64,000 nucleotides of DNA from Candidatus Saccharimonadota bacterium (GCA_003153395.1 PLYP01000005.1:21701-85700); one strand, 5' to 3'. Shown: positions 27,670 through 38,836, counted from the first letter of the stretch. Translations and numbers: made by a program. The notes: generated from the sequence alone by a model not told the origin.

Positions 27670-29502
27670 CTATTTATTGTTTTGGCGTTTTCTAAGTCTA
27701 GGATCTAATTCTTTTTTTCTTAATCTGAGGTTTTTGGGTGTAACTTCTAAGAGTTCATCGTTTTCAATAAAGTCCAGGCACTCCTCTAGGCTGAAGATAA
27801 TTGGAGGAGTTAACTGTACGACTCCGTCTGATGATGAGCTACGCATGTTAGTTAGGTGCTTAGCCTTACAAACATTGATCTCCATATCCTCTTGTCTAGA
27901 ATTTAAGCCGACAATCTGGCCGGCATACACTTTTTCGGCAGGACCTACGAAGCAATTACCACGTTCTTCGGCAGTTTGAAGGGCGTACGGCGTAGTAGTT
28001 CCAGTTTCAAAGGCAATTAATACGCCGTTTCTAATTTGTTTCAGCTGACTCGTTATAGCTTCATAGCCAATTGTCAGGCTGTTCATAATTACGGTTCCTT
28101 TAGTATTAGTCATAAGAATGTTTCTTATTCCGAGAGCCGACCTAGTAGGTAGTTCATAAATAAGCTTAGTAACGCCTTTATTACTCGCAAACTGCTCTTT
28201 TAGGACAGCTTTTCGCTGGCCTAACTCCATCTGTACGGTACCGACATGTTCAGCAGGAACCTCAATAATTAATTCCTCGATCGGTTCAACTTCAATACCG
28301 TTTTCCACATGTGTTACTACTTGAGGTCGCCCTACTTCAAATTCAAATCCTTCACGGCGCATTGTCTCAATTAACACGCTAAGATGCAGTTCTCCTCGAC
28401 CGCTAACAACGTAACCTATTCCGTCATCTTCCACTTTTAGACCAACATTAGTTTCTAGTTCTTTAGTTAGTCTTTCGCCTATTTGTCGACTAGTCGTAAA
28501 TTCACCTTCTTTACCTTTAAATGGGCTAGTATTAGGACCAAGATAAATTTTTAAAGTTGGAGATTCAATTTCGAGAACAGGTAGTGCTTCAGGTTCATCA
28601 AAATCTGCAATTGTTTCGCCTATTTGTACGTTATCTATGCCAGTTAGTTGGACTATATCTCCCGCTACACCTATTTGCACTTCAGATTTACTTAAACCAT
28701 GGCTCATGTAGATACTGTCGACTTTACCTTTAAGGGTTGATCCGTCTTTTTTGCAAATGCTTATTTTATCTCCAGCATTTACTTTTCCCCTGGTAATTCG
28801 TCCTATGGCATACTTTCCCTTAAAGCTATCCCAGTTTAAGGCGGTAATAAGCATTTGAAAGGGTTTATCTAGCTCAATTGACGGAGCTGGAATGTCGCTT
28901 ATTATGGCTTCGAATAATACGCTTAAGTCAGCCTCTACGCCAGGGTCACTAGGTGGTTTAACCCATGCCTTACCTTCTCTGCCCACAGAAAAATATATTG
29001 GGTAATGCAGTTGATCTTCATGTACTGCAAGTTCTAGAAATAAATCTGCTAGTTCGTCTTCAACTTCTGAAAGCCTTGATCCCGGTTTATCTATTTTATT
29101 AATTATTACAATTGGCTTAAGTTCTGAAGCTAGCGCTTTGCCAAGCACAAATTTTGTCTGCGGCATTGGACCTTCTTGAGCATCCACGATGAGTAGGCAA
29201 CCATCTGCCATATTTAATGTTCGTTCTACTTCACCGCTGAAATCTGCATGTCCAGGTGTGTCTATAATGTTAATCCTGTAGTCTTCATGCTGAACCGCCG
29301 TAACTTTAGCAGTAATAGTAATCCCGCGCTCCCTTTCTTGGTCACCGCTGTCCATGATTAGGTCCTGGCTCATTTCAGCCTGATTGTCACGAAAAGTTTT
29401 GGACTGCTTTAGAAGACCATCTACTAGTGTGGTTTTTCCATGATCAACATGGGCAATAACGGCAATGTTCCGAATTTTCGTCGGGTCTTGTACTTTTGAC
29501 AT
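27670..29502 (-). CDS. typA: Translational GTPase TypA/BipA
   Basis: [51 protein letters not shown]. Confidence 0.98.
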   Translation of the reverse strand: MSKVQDPTKIRNIAVIAHVDHGKTTLVDGLLKQSKTFRDNQAEMSQDLIMDSGDQERERGITITAKVTAVQHEDYRINIIDTPGHADFSGEVERTLNMADGCLLIVDAQEGPMPQTKFVLGKALASELKPIVIINKIDKPGSRLSEVEDELADLFLELAVHEDQLHYPIYFSVGREGKAWVKPPSDPGVEADLSVLFEAIISDIPAPSIELDKPFQMLITALNWDSFKGKYAIGRITRGKVNAGDKISICKKDGSTLKGKVDSIYMSHGLSKSEVQIGVAGDIVQLTGIDNVQIGETIADFDEPEALPVLEIESPTLKIYLGPNTSPFKGKEGEFTTSRQIGERLTKELETNVGLKVEDDGIGYVVSGRGELHLSVLIETMRREGFEFEVGRPQVVTHVENGIEVEPIEELIIEVPAEHVGTVQMELGQRKAVLKEQFASNKGVTKLIYELPTRSALGIRNILMTNTKGTVIMNSLTIGYEAITSQLKQIRNGVLIAFETGTTTPYALQTAEERGNCFVGPAEKVYAGQIVGLNSRQEDMEINVCKAKHLTNMRSSSSDGVVQLTPPIIFSLEECLDFIENDELLEVTPKNLRLRKKELDPRLRKRQNNK

Positions 29503-29833
29503 AAAATTAAGCGCCTCAATTCAGCGCCCCCTTCTTCTTTGCTCTATTATAGCATAAGAATAAAGTATTTACCAGATAAGGAGGCTTTGGAAGCATCAAT
29601 GTACCTGGTTATTTAGGTATCGCTTAGATTTTCATTTGTTTAAAAAATCTATCTGTAAAACTAAATCCGTATAGTCTTATTAGCTACTTATGCTTTATTT
29701 TGTGGCAATTCTATGCTATAGTTATGTTTAGCTGTTTTTCTTGAATCCAAGTTATTAGTGACAAACGTAGTACCTAGGCTTCAAATAAGGGCAAGAAGTA
29801 CTACAAATTAATAACGAAAAGGATTCTATTTTT

Positions 29834-30988
29834 ATGTACAAATCAAGTAATTATAAACGTCGATCACGACCAAGTCGCGGTGGACAACGAATTGACTCTA
29901 GTCGATTTATTAAATCTGCACGTCCAATTGCACAAAGCGAATATACGCCGCAGTATAAATTTGACGACTTTGAGCTACATTCCACACTAAAGCATAATTT
30001 GGCTAACAGAGGATTTATTAATCCTACCCAAATTCAAGATAAAACTATTCCCTTCGCACTAAATGGTAGCGATATTATAGGTGTATCTAACACAGGAACT
30101 GGTAAAACAATGGCCTTTCTATTGCCACTGCTTCATAAAATGATGAGTCAGCCAAACCAAAGAACACTAATAGTTGCTCCAACCAGGGAGCTTGCACTAC
30201 AAATTGAAGAAGAATGCCGTGTACTAGCCAAGGGTAGCGGTCTTTTCGGAGTGCTGCTTATTGGCGGAGTTCCTATGGGACCACAACTAAGAGATCTTAG
30301 ACAAACTCCAAATGTGATAATTGGTACTCCCGGAAGAATCAGGGACCATATAGAACGCGGTTCCTTAAAGCTAAATAATGTTTCTTCAGTTGTACTTGAT
30401 GAGGTTGACCGCATGCTTGATATGGGTTTTATTGTAGATATTAAATTCATTTTGAGTAAGCTTCCGCTTCAGCGTCAATCACAATTCTTTTCTGCGACTA
30501 TTAGTCCAAGCATCGAACAACTGATTCACGACTTTACCAAGGAACCTATTTCTGTAAGCGCTAAAACTAGTGAAACTAGTGATAATGTTGAACAAACGGT
30601 CCAGCACTACGCAGCTAACTCAGAAAAGATGGAAAAACTTCACGGACTTCTTTTAAGTGATCAAGTCGAGAAAACACTTATATTCAGTGAGACTAAACGA
30701 TCCGTTGAAAAATTAAGCCAGGATCTAGTTGATCGAGGCTTTATGGCTGATGCAATGCACGGCAATAAGTCGCAGGCCCAAAGACAACGGGCACTTAAAA
30801 AGTTTAGGGACAGCCATATTAATATCCTGGTTGCTACGGACGTTGCAGCCCGTGGAATCGATGTTGACGGTATAACTCATGTCATTAATTATGACGTGCC
30901 CAGAACCTATAACGATTACACTCACCGTATTGGTAGAGCCGGAAGAGCCGGTAGCAAAGGTTACGCAGTTACTTTTGTAGCTCGTTAA
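29834..30988 (+). CDS. DEAD/DEAH-box RNA helicase
   Basis: TGTGKT, PTRELA, TPGR, DEVD, SAT, ARGID, HRIGRAGR. Confidence 0.95.
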   Translation: MYKSSNYKRRSRPSRGGQRIDSSRFIKSARPIAQSEYTPQYKFDDFELHSTLKHNLANRGFINPTQIQDKTIPFALNGSDIIGVSNTGTGKTMAFLLPLLHKMMSQPNQRTLIVAPTRELALQIEEECRVLAKGSGLFGVLLIGGVPMGPQLRDLRQTPNVIIGTPGRIRDHIERGSLKLNNVSSVVLDEVDRMLDMGFIVDIKFILSKLPLQRQSQFFSATISPSIEQLIHDFTKEPISVSAKTSETSDNVEQTVQHYAANSEKMEKLHGLLLSDQVEKTLIFSETKRSVEKLSQDLVDRGFMADAMHGNKSQAQRQRALKKFRDSHINILVATDVAARGIDVDGITHVINYDVPRTYNDYTHRIGRAGRAGSKGYAVTFVAR

Positions 30989-31005
30989 TTCAATAATTTT
31001 AGACT

Positions 31006-31506
31006 ATGTATCATCATATAATTAGTAAAAGCGGAGAGAATAAATATGACGTGTATGTGAATCTTATAGCTTCACCTGCTGGTTCATATATAAACCGCTT
31101 TCCTTATATTATTAATCTAGCAAAAGAACTGCTAGCTGCGACTAAACTTAAAGGCGACTACGTAGCATTCGATAAAGATATGGGTCGAATAATTGGGACT
31201 ACGAATATTATAGATACCACAGATAAGGATTCAGTATATTATGCCCAGTCGCATAAGAGAAAGATCTACATGCCGTATGCTAAGAACAGGCAGCCCGTGG
31301 AAAGTAATAAGCTGAGTGTAATATTAAAGCGAGACGAGAACGGCAATTACGAATTATCCGATATTTGGATAGGACCATGCAGTCCGCCATTTCCTGGTGA
31401 AGACAAAGAGGCTTCTAACAGTAAAGATTACTGGCAGAGCCACGCCTTAATTCAGGACACGAAGTTTATAAAAACCAACACCATCACTAAGACTTGTCCG
31501 TACTAG
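31006..31506 (+). CDS. Hypothetical protein
   Basis: 166-aa ORF downstream of the helicase. Confidence 0.65.
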   Translation: MYHHIISKSGENKYDVYVNLIASPAGSYINRFPYIINLAKELLAATKLKGDYVAFDKDMGRIIGTTNIIDTTDKDSVYYAQSHKRKIYMPYAKNRQPVESNKLSVILKRDENGNYELSDIWIGPCSPPFPGEDKEASNSKDYWQSHALIQDTKFIKTNTITKTCPY

Positions 31507-31561
31507 TTAATTAACTAAAAGTACTAGCTTTTTGTCTTAATTTGTTGTATTATATACATAT

Positions 31562-32014
31562 ATGCGTGCCGGTGCTGTCAACCTAGGTCTTATTCCGTTA
31601 TTCTATGATTCTCTTCTGTGTGATTTCTATGTAGATTATCCAGAACAATCTGTACATAATCTAGGGCACTTAGCAATTGAAACTTTTCTTAAGAAAGAAA
31701 GATCATACGAACCTACTGCTGGATTTGGAAATATTAAGGGTCAGCAGTATAGATTAAGACCTGTCTGGGCACCACAAATTGAATCTACTATAAAATGCGT
31801 TATGGCGGGAGAATTTCCAACTCTAGCCGGCATATCCCTAAGACATACGAATAGTGATATGTTAACGATAGTCGCTGGAGGTAGTGATGTAACTGAAGCC
31901 CAAATTACGAGAAACGGTAAAATATCTACTCCCTTGGCGCTCGAATTGGGTGAGTCCCTGTCATTCGCTGCATCATATATCGCACAAGAAGCAGCTGATA
32001 TTATCAATTCCTAG
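31562..32014 (+). CDS. Hypothetical protein
   Basis: 150-aa ORF with no recognised motif. Confidence 0.5.
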   Translation: MRAGAVNLGLIPLFYDSLLCDFYVDYPEQSVHNLGHLAIETFLKKERSYEPTAGFGNIKGQQYRLRPVWAPQIESTIKCVMAGEFPTLAGISLRHTNSDMLTIVAGGSDVTEAQITRNGKISTPLALELGESLSFAASYIAQEAADIINS

Positions 32015-32022
32015 AATAGAAA

Positions 32023-32595
32023 TTAATCAAGTACTTTAAGTTGTTGCAGTTCTTGTTTCAGTTCATCTGCACTGCCGTTATATAAAATACCTTTAATTCC
32101 AATGTCACTAGCTACTTTTACATTATTAATATTATCGTCAATGAAAACTGTATTTTCTGGGCTTGAATCCAAGACAGATAACGCGTGCATAAATATCTCA
32201 GGTGATGGTTTTGCTATTCCAACTTCGGCAGATACAATTATTTCATCAAATAGTTCGGTTAAATCATGTTTATTTAAAATTGATCTTATGTATTCACTGC
32301 TGGAGTTAGATAATAGTCCAATTTGATAAGAATCTTTAAGCACAATAATTAGATTAAGAATAACTATATCTAAATAGTTATCGTCCATAAATATGGCTTT
32401 TATGTCCTTGTAATCACGTCCAGTAGATTTACTGAGTCGTTGATAAAATTCATCATCACTAATATGGCCTAGATCAACTAAAAGCGAACTTTCCTCAAGT
32501 TCTTTTGTTTTTTGAAGGCCGTTTTCTCTAAGCCAAGTCTGATAAGGATCTCGGTGGATTACGTCAAAAAAGTCAAAGATAATTGTAGTTATCAT
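32023..32595 (-). CDS. HAD-family phosphatase
   Basis: IIFDFFDV, LLSN, KPSPEIF, FIDD. Confidence 0.9.
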   Translation of the reverse strand: MITTIIFDFFDVIHRDPYQTWLRENGLQKTKELEESSLLVDLGHISDDEFYQRLSKSTGRDYKDIKAIFMDDNYLDIVILNLIIVLKDSYQIGLLSNSSSEYIRSILNKHDLTELFDEIIVSAEVGIAKPSPEIFMHALSVLDSSPENTVFIDDNINNVKVASDIGIKGILYNGSADELKQELQQLKVLD

Positions 32596-32741
32596 AGGCC
32601 TTATAGTATATCAATAGTGATCCGTAGTAACCCTTAAATCTGCTCGGCAAAAACTATTACGCGCTGATTAAATAGTCTTATAGATATCTGTCCATATTGA
32701 ACAGACCGATTGGAGCCGGTTCAGACATTACGCATCTATTT

Positions 32742-32846
32742 CTACTTTGATGATTTAACTTTAACTCTAGATGGTTTTAATCGGTAAACGGCTAAAGTAA
32801 TAGCTGCAGATGCGACAGCAACGTATGGGAGTAATCTTATTATCAT
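32742..32846 (-). CDS. Possible 34-aa single-TM peptide
   Basis: MIIRLLPYVAVASAAITLAVYRLKPSRVKVKSSK*; hydrophobic core and basic tail. Confidence 0.35.
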   Translation of the reverse strand: MIIRLLPYVAVASAAITLAVYRLKPSRVKVKSSK

Positions 32847-32967
32847 TTTAAAGTTTCTCGTTTTTTTATTTTTTAATTTTAACTAACTATTAGCTAATAT
32901 ATGCTAGTAAGCTACACCTGTCAACTTGGGAGTAAGCTAAGTATTAGCTTTTCTTATTGTATATTAA

Positions 32968-33807
32968 CTAGCTGCTTGTAGCGTGGGTTTCATACGCAGT
33001 AATAACGCTGCCAAAAATAACGAACATAAAGCCTAGAAGCATAACAAGCCACATGCCGCTTTTAACATTGTCACCAAGGAAGAATATCCCTAGAGCGCTA
33101 GGAACTGCTAGCTCAAATGTATAAAGGAAAGCATTAATCCTATTTACGCTGTCCCTTTGGAGCGACGCGGCTAAAAAGTATAGGCCTAAGGCACCATAAG
33201 CGATTAAAGAAACCGTCAGTGGTTGAAGTAGAGCGGCAAAACTGAAGTGCGTGATATTTATTATTCTTGATATTAAACCAGTAGCTCCGAAAGTAAGACC
33301 TGATAATGCAGCCAGAATAAGAGCGGAAAATTTATATTTATCTGCTTTAAGCATCAATAAACCAAATATTCCCATTGGAATAGGAAATAATTCAAGAATA
33401 ATCTTAAATAAGTGATTCACGCTCTTTGCTGCAGTCGGTTCTGCTATTGCTCCTAGCAAAATTACACCTATAACCACCGCAGCCATAGATATTTTCTCGT
33501 TTCTACTGCTTTTTACAGACATAAACAAACTAGCAATTATTGAACTAACTACTAGGCTTAGAGCTACGAATGATAAATCGAGAAAAAGCGGTAAATAACG
33601 AGCGGTTATTAAAAAGAATATCCAGCCAAAAATATCTAAAATAATACCAGCAAGATATGGGATTTGTTTAAATAAATCGTATAAATGCCTAAGGCTAAAA
33701 GACGAAATCTGCTTCTGACGTTTGGCGGCGATTTGCTCAAGTACTGTTGCGCTTCCGTAGCATAAAGCTGAAGCCATTCCGCTAATATAAGGGACTAAGT
33801 TTGTCAT
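32968..33807 (-). CDS. DMT-superfamily membrane protein
   Basis: About nine TM segments, ASALCYGSATVLEQ, LGIFFLGD. Confidence 0.75.
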   Translation of the reverse strand: MTNLVPYISGMASALCYGSATVLEQIAAKRQKQISSFSLRHLYDLFKQIPYLAGIILDIFGWIFFLITARYLPLFLDLSFVALSLVVSSIIASLFMSVKSSRNEKISMAAVVIGVILLGAIAEPTAAKSVNHLFKIILELFPIPMGIFGLLMLKADKYKFSALILAALSGLTFGATGLISRIINITHFSFAALLQPLTVSLIAYGALGLYFLAASLQRDSVNRINAFLYTFELAVPSALGIFFLGDNVKSGMWLVMLLGFMFVIFGSVITAYETHATSS

Positions 33808-34394
33808 TTTGCTTTTCTATATAAGTAATAGTATCGCATTATCACAGCATTATAACTTAGAGCAATTAGGCATGCGACTATAAGTGGAATAGAGGTGATT
33901 AATAGTGCATAAGTTATGGTGGTTAACATGGCAGCTAATGAAAAGAATAATGATCTTTCGGAAATGCCGCTTGTTCTTTTTGTAGTTATAACATGTAGCA
34001 CCCATGGAGCAGAAGCGGCAGCATTATATATAACACCAACCCAGCCCGAGAATGATGCATAGCTTAAGAGCAATATGCTAGTCAAAGGTCCAACAATTAT
34101 GATGCTTAATAAGCCTTTAAGAAATTGACGCTTATTGCCTAAGGTATAGGCGAGTGTCGTAGCGGTTATTATTAGCATCGTCGCATTGGTTACAACTGGC
34201 ACCCAAAGATGACGCGATGCAAAATATGTCATCCAAGCTATATTACCCGCTCCATTTAATGTTTGATTAGGCGCTGACAGTCCTTTTGTGTTCCTAGTTT
34301 TTAATAGTTTTCTAAGCTGTGAGGAATTGGAAGACAGCCAAAAGCCCTCTGCCGATATTATTAGAACATTCTCAACTAAAACGATGGTTGTCAT
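33804..34394 (-). CDS. PQ-loop/SWEET-like duplicated 3-TM transporter
   Basis: Two repeats (QLRKLLKTRNTKGLS; PWVLHVITTKRTSGIS); overlaps the next gene (ATGA). Confidence 0.7.
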   Translation of the reverse strand: MTTIVLVENVLIISAEGFWLSSNSSQLRKLLKTRNTKGLSAPNQTLNGAGNIAWMTYFASRHLWVPVVTNATMLIITATTLAYTLGNKRQFLKGLLSIIIVGPLTSILLLSYASFSGWVGVIYNAAASAPWVLHVITTKRTSGISERSLFFSLAAMLTTITYALLITSIPLIVACLIALSYNAVIMRYYYLYRKAK

Positions 34395-34472
34395 TAAGAT
34401 TAAGCTTAGCAGAATTTGTTTATGCTTAAAGACTAATTAGTTTCATATACTAGCATACTAGTATGCTAGTAT

Positions 34473-35027
34473 ATGGCTATGTACAAGGGTGTTGAAGTAT
34501 ACGGAGAAGTTAAAACTCATTCTCCTTTTGGATGGCAGTCCCAATATAGCTGGATGGAGCTATTTGAAATTGCTGAGGTAGTATCAGATGTTATATCAAT
34601 TCATACAGAAGCACCATGGAAGGGTTCCTTTAAGCTGTTAGAGCGGGCTAGAAGTTTAACAGAAAAAAAGATTCTAGCAAAAGGTATGTTTGTATCAGAT
34701 AAGGATATCCAAAGAGCGGTTGATATAGGAGCGGATTACGTTCTAGTTGTAGACAGATTACCTAAAATTCATTTAGATAAGTGTTTAATTGAATGGTCTA
34801 CTATTGAAGATCTCGGTAAGATGGCTACTGGCCAACGAGCGGTATGGAATAGTCGGATTCTTGAGACAGGCGAACGAAAAGTTGATACGTTTGATAAAGC
34901 CAGACAGATATTTCCCGGCTGGTTATGCCAAGCAAGTAATATCAGTAATCTAGATCAAATTAATTTAGCTGCCAACGCAGTGCTAATTGGAACAAATTTA
35001 CCACTACTTGCTAACCAGCTAGCCTAA
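34473..35027 (+). CDS. Short TrpC (IGPS)-like TIM-barrel protein
   Basis: GEVKTHSP, ISIHTE..WKGSF, ILAK, GADYVL, WNSR, AVLIGT. Confidence 0.6.
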   Translation: MAMYKGVEVYGEVKTHSPFGWQSQYSWMELFEIAEVVSDVISIHTEAPWKGSFKLLERARSLTEKKILAKGMFVSDKDIQRAVDIGADYVLVVDRLPKIHLDKCLIEWSTIEDLGKMATGQRAVWNSRILETGERKVDTFDKARQIFPGWLCQASNISNLDQINLAANAVLIGTNLPLLANQLA

Positions 35028-35038
35028 TTAGATTTATC

Positions 35039-35425
35039 TTAAACAGGAATTAAGAATGCCGGTAATTTAAAATTTCGGATTCTTCTATGATTTGGTTCAG
35101 GAGATATAGGCTGTGGCTCTAAAGCAGGTGGGCTCTCTCCTGGATTAAATACTGTTAGTTCAACTCCGGCTTTTCTTAGTGCGTCCTCTAGTTTTACTCT
35201 TTCTGATTTAAACCTATCTGGGGTCGTTTCGCCGAAACTGTAAAATCTACTTACTGTCTCTCCATAAGATACATCACCAAAACCAATAACAACTAGCTCG
35301 GCACCTTTTATTGCAGCTTCGCATCTCGTGCAAATATCTTCGGGGACTGTTTCATCGATCGGACTTGGTACAAGTCTTAGGCTACGTTGTTCGCTGTTAA
35401 CGTCTTGAAGTAGTTGGAAGCCCAT
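35039..35425 (-). CDS. Hypothetical protein
   Basis: 128-aa ORF containing one CxxC. Confidence 0.5.
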   Translation of the reverse strand: MGFQLLQDVNSEQRSLRLVPSPIDETVPEDICTRCEAAIKGAELVVIGFGDVSYGETVSRFYSFGETTPDRFKSERVKLEDALRKAGVELTVFNPGESPPALEPQPISPEPNHRRIRNFKLPAFLIPV

Positions 35426-35668
35426 AATGCTTATTAATTAATCTGTACACGGTAAGGTATATACCCCTATCTTCTATTTGTCAAGTACTTAACTTTTATT
35501 ATGGAGAACTCGTAACTACTGGTCCTAATGGCTTATTGTCGAGCAAGAACTACAAGCTTTTAACTGTCACTGGATTAGTAGCTTACGCTAGAATTGAGAT
35601 CATAGTTAAAATATCGCTATGTAGAGTAAAAATGTCATGTTACCGTAAGTTTTTAAGAGGAGCATATT

Positions 35669-36058
35669 ATGTTTGATTATTCAAAAGCATATAGCGGCTT
35701 TTCAGTAAGTGACATTGCTGAAGCAAAAGAGTTTTACCACGGCAAACTTGGCATTGAGTTTGAAGAACAGCCATTGGTACTTATGGTACTTAAACTTAAA
35801 ATAGATGGCTCAAACGGAATATTTATATATCAAAAAGAAAATCACGAGCCGGCAACCTTCACAGTTCTCAACTTCCCAGTAGCCAATATTGAAGAAGCAG
35901 TCAATAAACTAACAAGTAAGAATATAGCTATCGAACATTACGAAGGACTCACGGGAGATGATGGTATAGCCAGGGGAATTGCCAATAATAGAGGGCCAGA
36001 TATAGCTTGGTTTAAAGATCCGTCTGGCAATATTCTGTCTGTACTTCAACAAACATAA
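35669..36058 (+). CDS. VOC/glyoxalase family protein
   Basis: AKEFY, TVLNFPV, AWFKDPSGNIL. Confidence 0.9.
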   Translation: MFDYSKAYSGFSVSDIAEAKEFYHGKLGIEFEEQPLVLMVLKLKIDGSNGIFIYQKENHEPATFTVLNFPVANIEEAVNKLTSKNIAIEHYEGLTGDDGIARGIANNRGPDIAWFKDPSGNILSVLQQT

Positions 36059-36077
36059 ATTAATTTTTATATTTTTA

Positions 36078-37115
36078 CTATGTGTTTCCGTAAGTAGAAG
36101 GGCCATGTTCTTCGGATACAGAATAGCGCATAAGCACTCTTTTTAATCCATCTGCAATTATCTCAGCGGCTGATATAACCACTAATTGATTTGATCCGTT
36201 TTCTCCAAGTATCTGCTCGTCCCTACTAGATATTGGTAATGTGTCAGTTACGAAAACTTTAGTTATATTTGTGCCTTCTATTCTCTCAGCTGTCTCCGCT
36301 GAAGAAACAAAATGAGTAGCAGCCACATATTGCACTACCGCACCTGAATTATCCATTGTTTGAGATGCTGACTTCAAGGTCGAGGCAGTACCAATCATAT
36401 CTTCCAGCATTAGTGCACCAAATCCATCTAAGCCTTCTACATATTCTTGATGAGAAACTTCTTCCTTATCGTGTGGTCTGATCTTAGATAAATCTACAAA
36501 ACCTACTCCTAAATCATCTGCATGTTTTTCTGCCACTTTGGAGTGACCTTTATCAGGAGAAACGACTTTGAAATTTATATCTGGATGTTCTTCAATTATT
36601 TTTGCAAACATTCTGCTTAACAACCCTTGCGCGCTTATTCTGTGTGCATTAGCGGGTTTAACAGCGTTATATAGTCGCTCTTCGTGCAGATCTACGCCCA
36701 TAAAATCAGTGATCCCAGCGGTTCCGATTAAATCAAAATTTAAGGCGCCGGTAACTGCTTCACGTGGCCTTGTAGACCTATCCTGCCGCGCCCCCATAAA
36801 ATATGGGGCAACCATAATTACTCTTTCTGTGTCTTCTCTTGTGGCGGCATCGAGCATTAACAAATGAGTATGAAAAGCATCGGCAGTTGAGCGCCCACTG
36901 ACCGCTGCATGAGACTGAAAAGCTATCACTAGTTTTCCGCGTATAGATTCTTCATACCTTACTCTAACTTCAGAATCTGCAAATCGGGTAAATTCCATCG
37001 GCCATAAATCTACTCCAAGATGTGCAGCAACATCTATTCCCAGCTGTTCATTAGCTGGACCATTTGCAAAAGCAACTTGAGATGCAATACGTTTAGGTAA
37101 TTTCTCAGTTGTCAT
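36078..37115 (-). CDS. prs: Ribose-phosphate pyrophosphokinase (divergent)
   Basis: FADSE, ESIRG, PYFMGARQDR, VDLH, VVSPDKG, AATH, VTDTLP. Confidence 0.85.
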   Translation of the reverse strand: MTTEKLPKRIASQVAFANGPANEQLGIDVAAHLGVDLWPMEFTRFADSEVRVRYEESIRGKLVIAFQSHAAVSGRSTADAFHTHLLMLDAATREDTERVIMVAPYFMGARQDRSTRPREAVTGALNFDLIGTAGITDFMGVDLHEERLYNAVKPANAHRISAQGLLSRMFAKIIEEHPDINFKVVSPDKGHSKVAEKHADDLGVGFVDLSKIRPHDKEEVSHQEYVEGLDGFGALMLEDMIGTASTLKSASQTMDNSGAVVQYVAATHFVSSAETAERIEGTNITKVFVTDTLPISSRDEQILGENGSNQLVVISAAEIIADGLKRVLMRYSVSEEHGPSTYGNT

Positions 37116-37263
37116 TTAAACGTCTCTTCAATATATGTCTCTCATTGAATAAAATATTAATATAATTGTAGAACATTATAGGTGTTAAATCAACTTTATT
37201 TAGCAATAAGCATTACTGATATGAATGCAGGCTTATTAATGAATTCAAAATATTATCTAAAGT

Positions 37264-37926
37264 TTAGCTAATTTCTTTAGAATTATTCGCTACTATATTT
37301 AGGTTTAGGCCTACGAGTAACAGCGATAAACCGGACAATATTAAGTAAATTTGTTGAGTCAGATGAGCATTTCCGCTCGATACCGCAAACACAATAAACA
37401 GCAAACCCGCGAAAGACCATATAAGTAGAGATAACGTCGTAAATATTTGTACTAAATGATGTGACTTGTTGCTCCTGGCGTAGCTATTTACTGAGATCAA
37501 GCTTACTAGAAGCCCTATTGCCGCAATCGCACTAGTTAGCGCATCAAGACCTAATCCTCTGCCTTGATCAGCACCGCACCTTAATATTGGCGTAACGCTA
37601 CACTCTGAAGGAAGTAAGGCGCTGATAATTGTAAACGCCCCAAAGATTAGTAATCCGAGAAGCGTGAATTTTAAAGCTTTGGTATTTAATTTAGGCCATA
37701 ATTTTATTCTAAAAGTTAAAAATACGATTATTAGCGATAAACCAGTTAACACATCCCCAAGTATAAAAATCCAGAAATATGGGTGGCCAACTACTTCTAG
37801 GTCACTAGCAAGTCCCCCGTGAGCCGTTGGATTGTTTAACAAATAGCCTAACGGCCAGGAATTATAGAATAACCCCGCAAGGGCACATAGAAGAAGTACA
37901 AGTTTAGCATTTTTTTGTTTAGACAT
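37264..37926 (-). CDS. DUF998-like membrane protein
   Basis: YNSWPLG, SDLE...HPY, multiple TM segments. Confidence 0.65.
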   Translation of the reverse strand: MSKQKNAKLVLLLCALAGLFYNSWPLGYLLNNPTAHGGLASDLEVVGHPYFWIFILGDVLTGLSLIIVFLTFRIKLWPKLNTKALKFTLLGLLIFGAFTIISALLPSECSVTPILRCGADQGRGLGLDALTSAIAAIGLLVSLISVNSYARSNKSHHLVQIFTTLSLLIWSFAGLLFIVFAVSSGNAHLTQQIYLILSGLSLLLVGLNLNIVANNSKEIS

Positions 37927-38331
37927 TACTTTAGTCTATATCTGTTTATTTTTAGTGCCTATGTATATTATACCTTATACAAGAGATAATTTGCTTGATT
38001 TAACAGTGTATTTAAGATACATGTATAGATGCTTTCAGCAAAAACAAATATAAGTTAGGTTAAATATAATAGTGAACTGGCTGCATAACTGGACCTAATA
38101 AAGGATAGCGATCATAAAAGGTTCGAACCGTTTTAATCATCACACTAAGCTTAACTAGCTACCATTGTTTAAAGCAATACTTGCGACCATATTCCAAAAT
38201 CCACATACTTTTGTTAAGGCAGCTATTCTATGTCAATGTAAGTTTCTTTACAGTTTAATTCCCATATTAGCAATAGTATTACTAACTAGAGTTTAATGCT
38301 TCATCAAATATTTATGAAGCAAGGAGGGTGT

Positions 38332-38823
38332 ATGACTAGGTTAATTCAGTTATTGTCTTTATCCAGTCTGATAATATTATTTATTGGTTGTTTGATTATG
38401 CCCGCAATGCCATTATTCTGGCTAGCATCATCCTCTCTCAAACTCATGATAATACGTTTTCTTTTTATAGCACTACTGGGCATCATAGTTTTTATGGGTA
38501 CACCAAAAAATATGACTATAAGAACAATAATTGGTCTGTTTGCTAGCTTGCTGGCGATATGGGCGTTATCTTCAACTTATAATGAATCTATCCAAGCACT
38601 AGATGGGTTGGCATTCGCGTCTGTAGGTATCGCTTTGCTGCTTAGTTCTCTTGAGCCGGCCGAGGAATCTCAAATAAATTGGAATGGTGCTATAAGCCTT
38701 ATTGCACCTCTCACGGTTCCTCTGCAACGTAGGGCTGCGGTATATATGGTAGTTATGTTTATGGCAATAGGTTTAATAGGTCAGGACTACCAAGTTAGTC
38801 TAATTAAACAAGCACTTCAATAA
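38332..38823 (+). CDS. Membrane protein
   Basis: AAGGAGG SD before ATG 38332; several TM segments. Confidence 0.65.
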   Translation: MTRLIQLLSLSSLIILFIGCLIMPAMPLFWLASSSLKLMIIRFLFIALLGIIVFMGTPKNMTIRTIIGLFASLLAIWALSSTYNESIQALDGLAFASVGIALLLSSLEPAEESQINWNGAISLIAPLTVPLQRRAAVYMVVMFMAIGLIGQDYQVSLIKQALQ

Positions 38824-38836
38824 GTAAACCCTTTGC

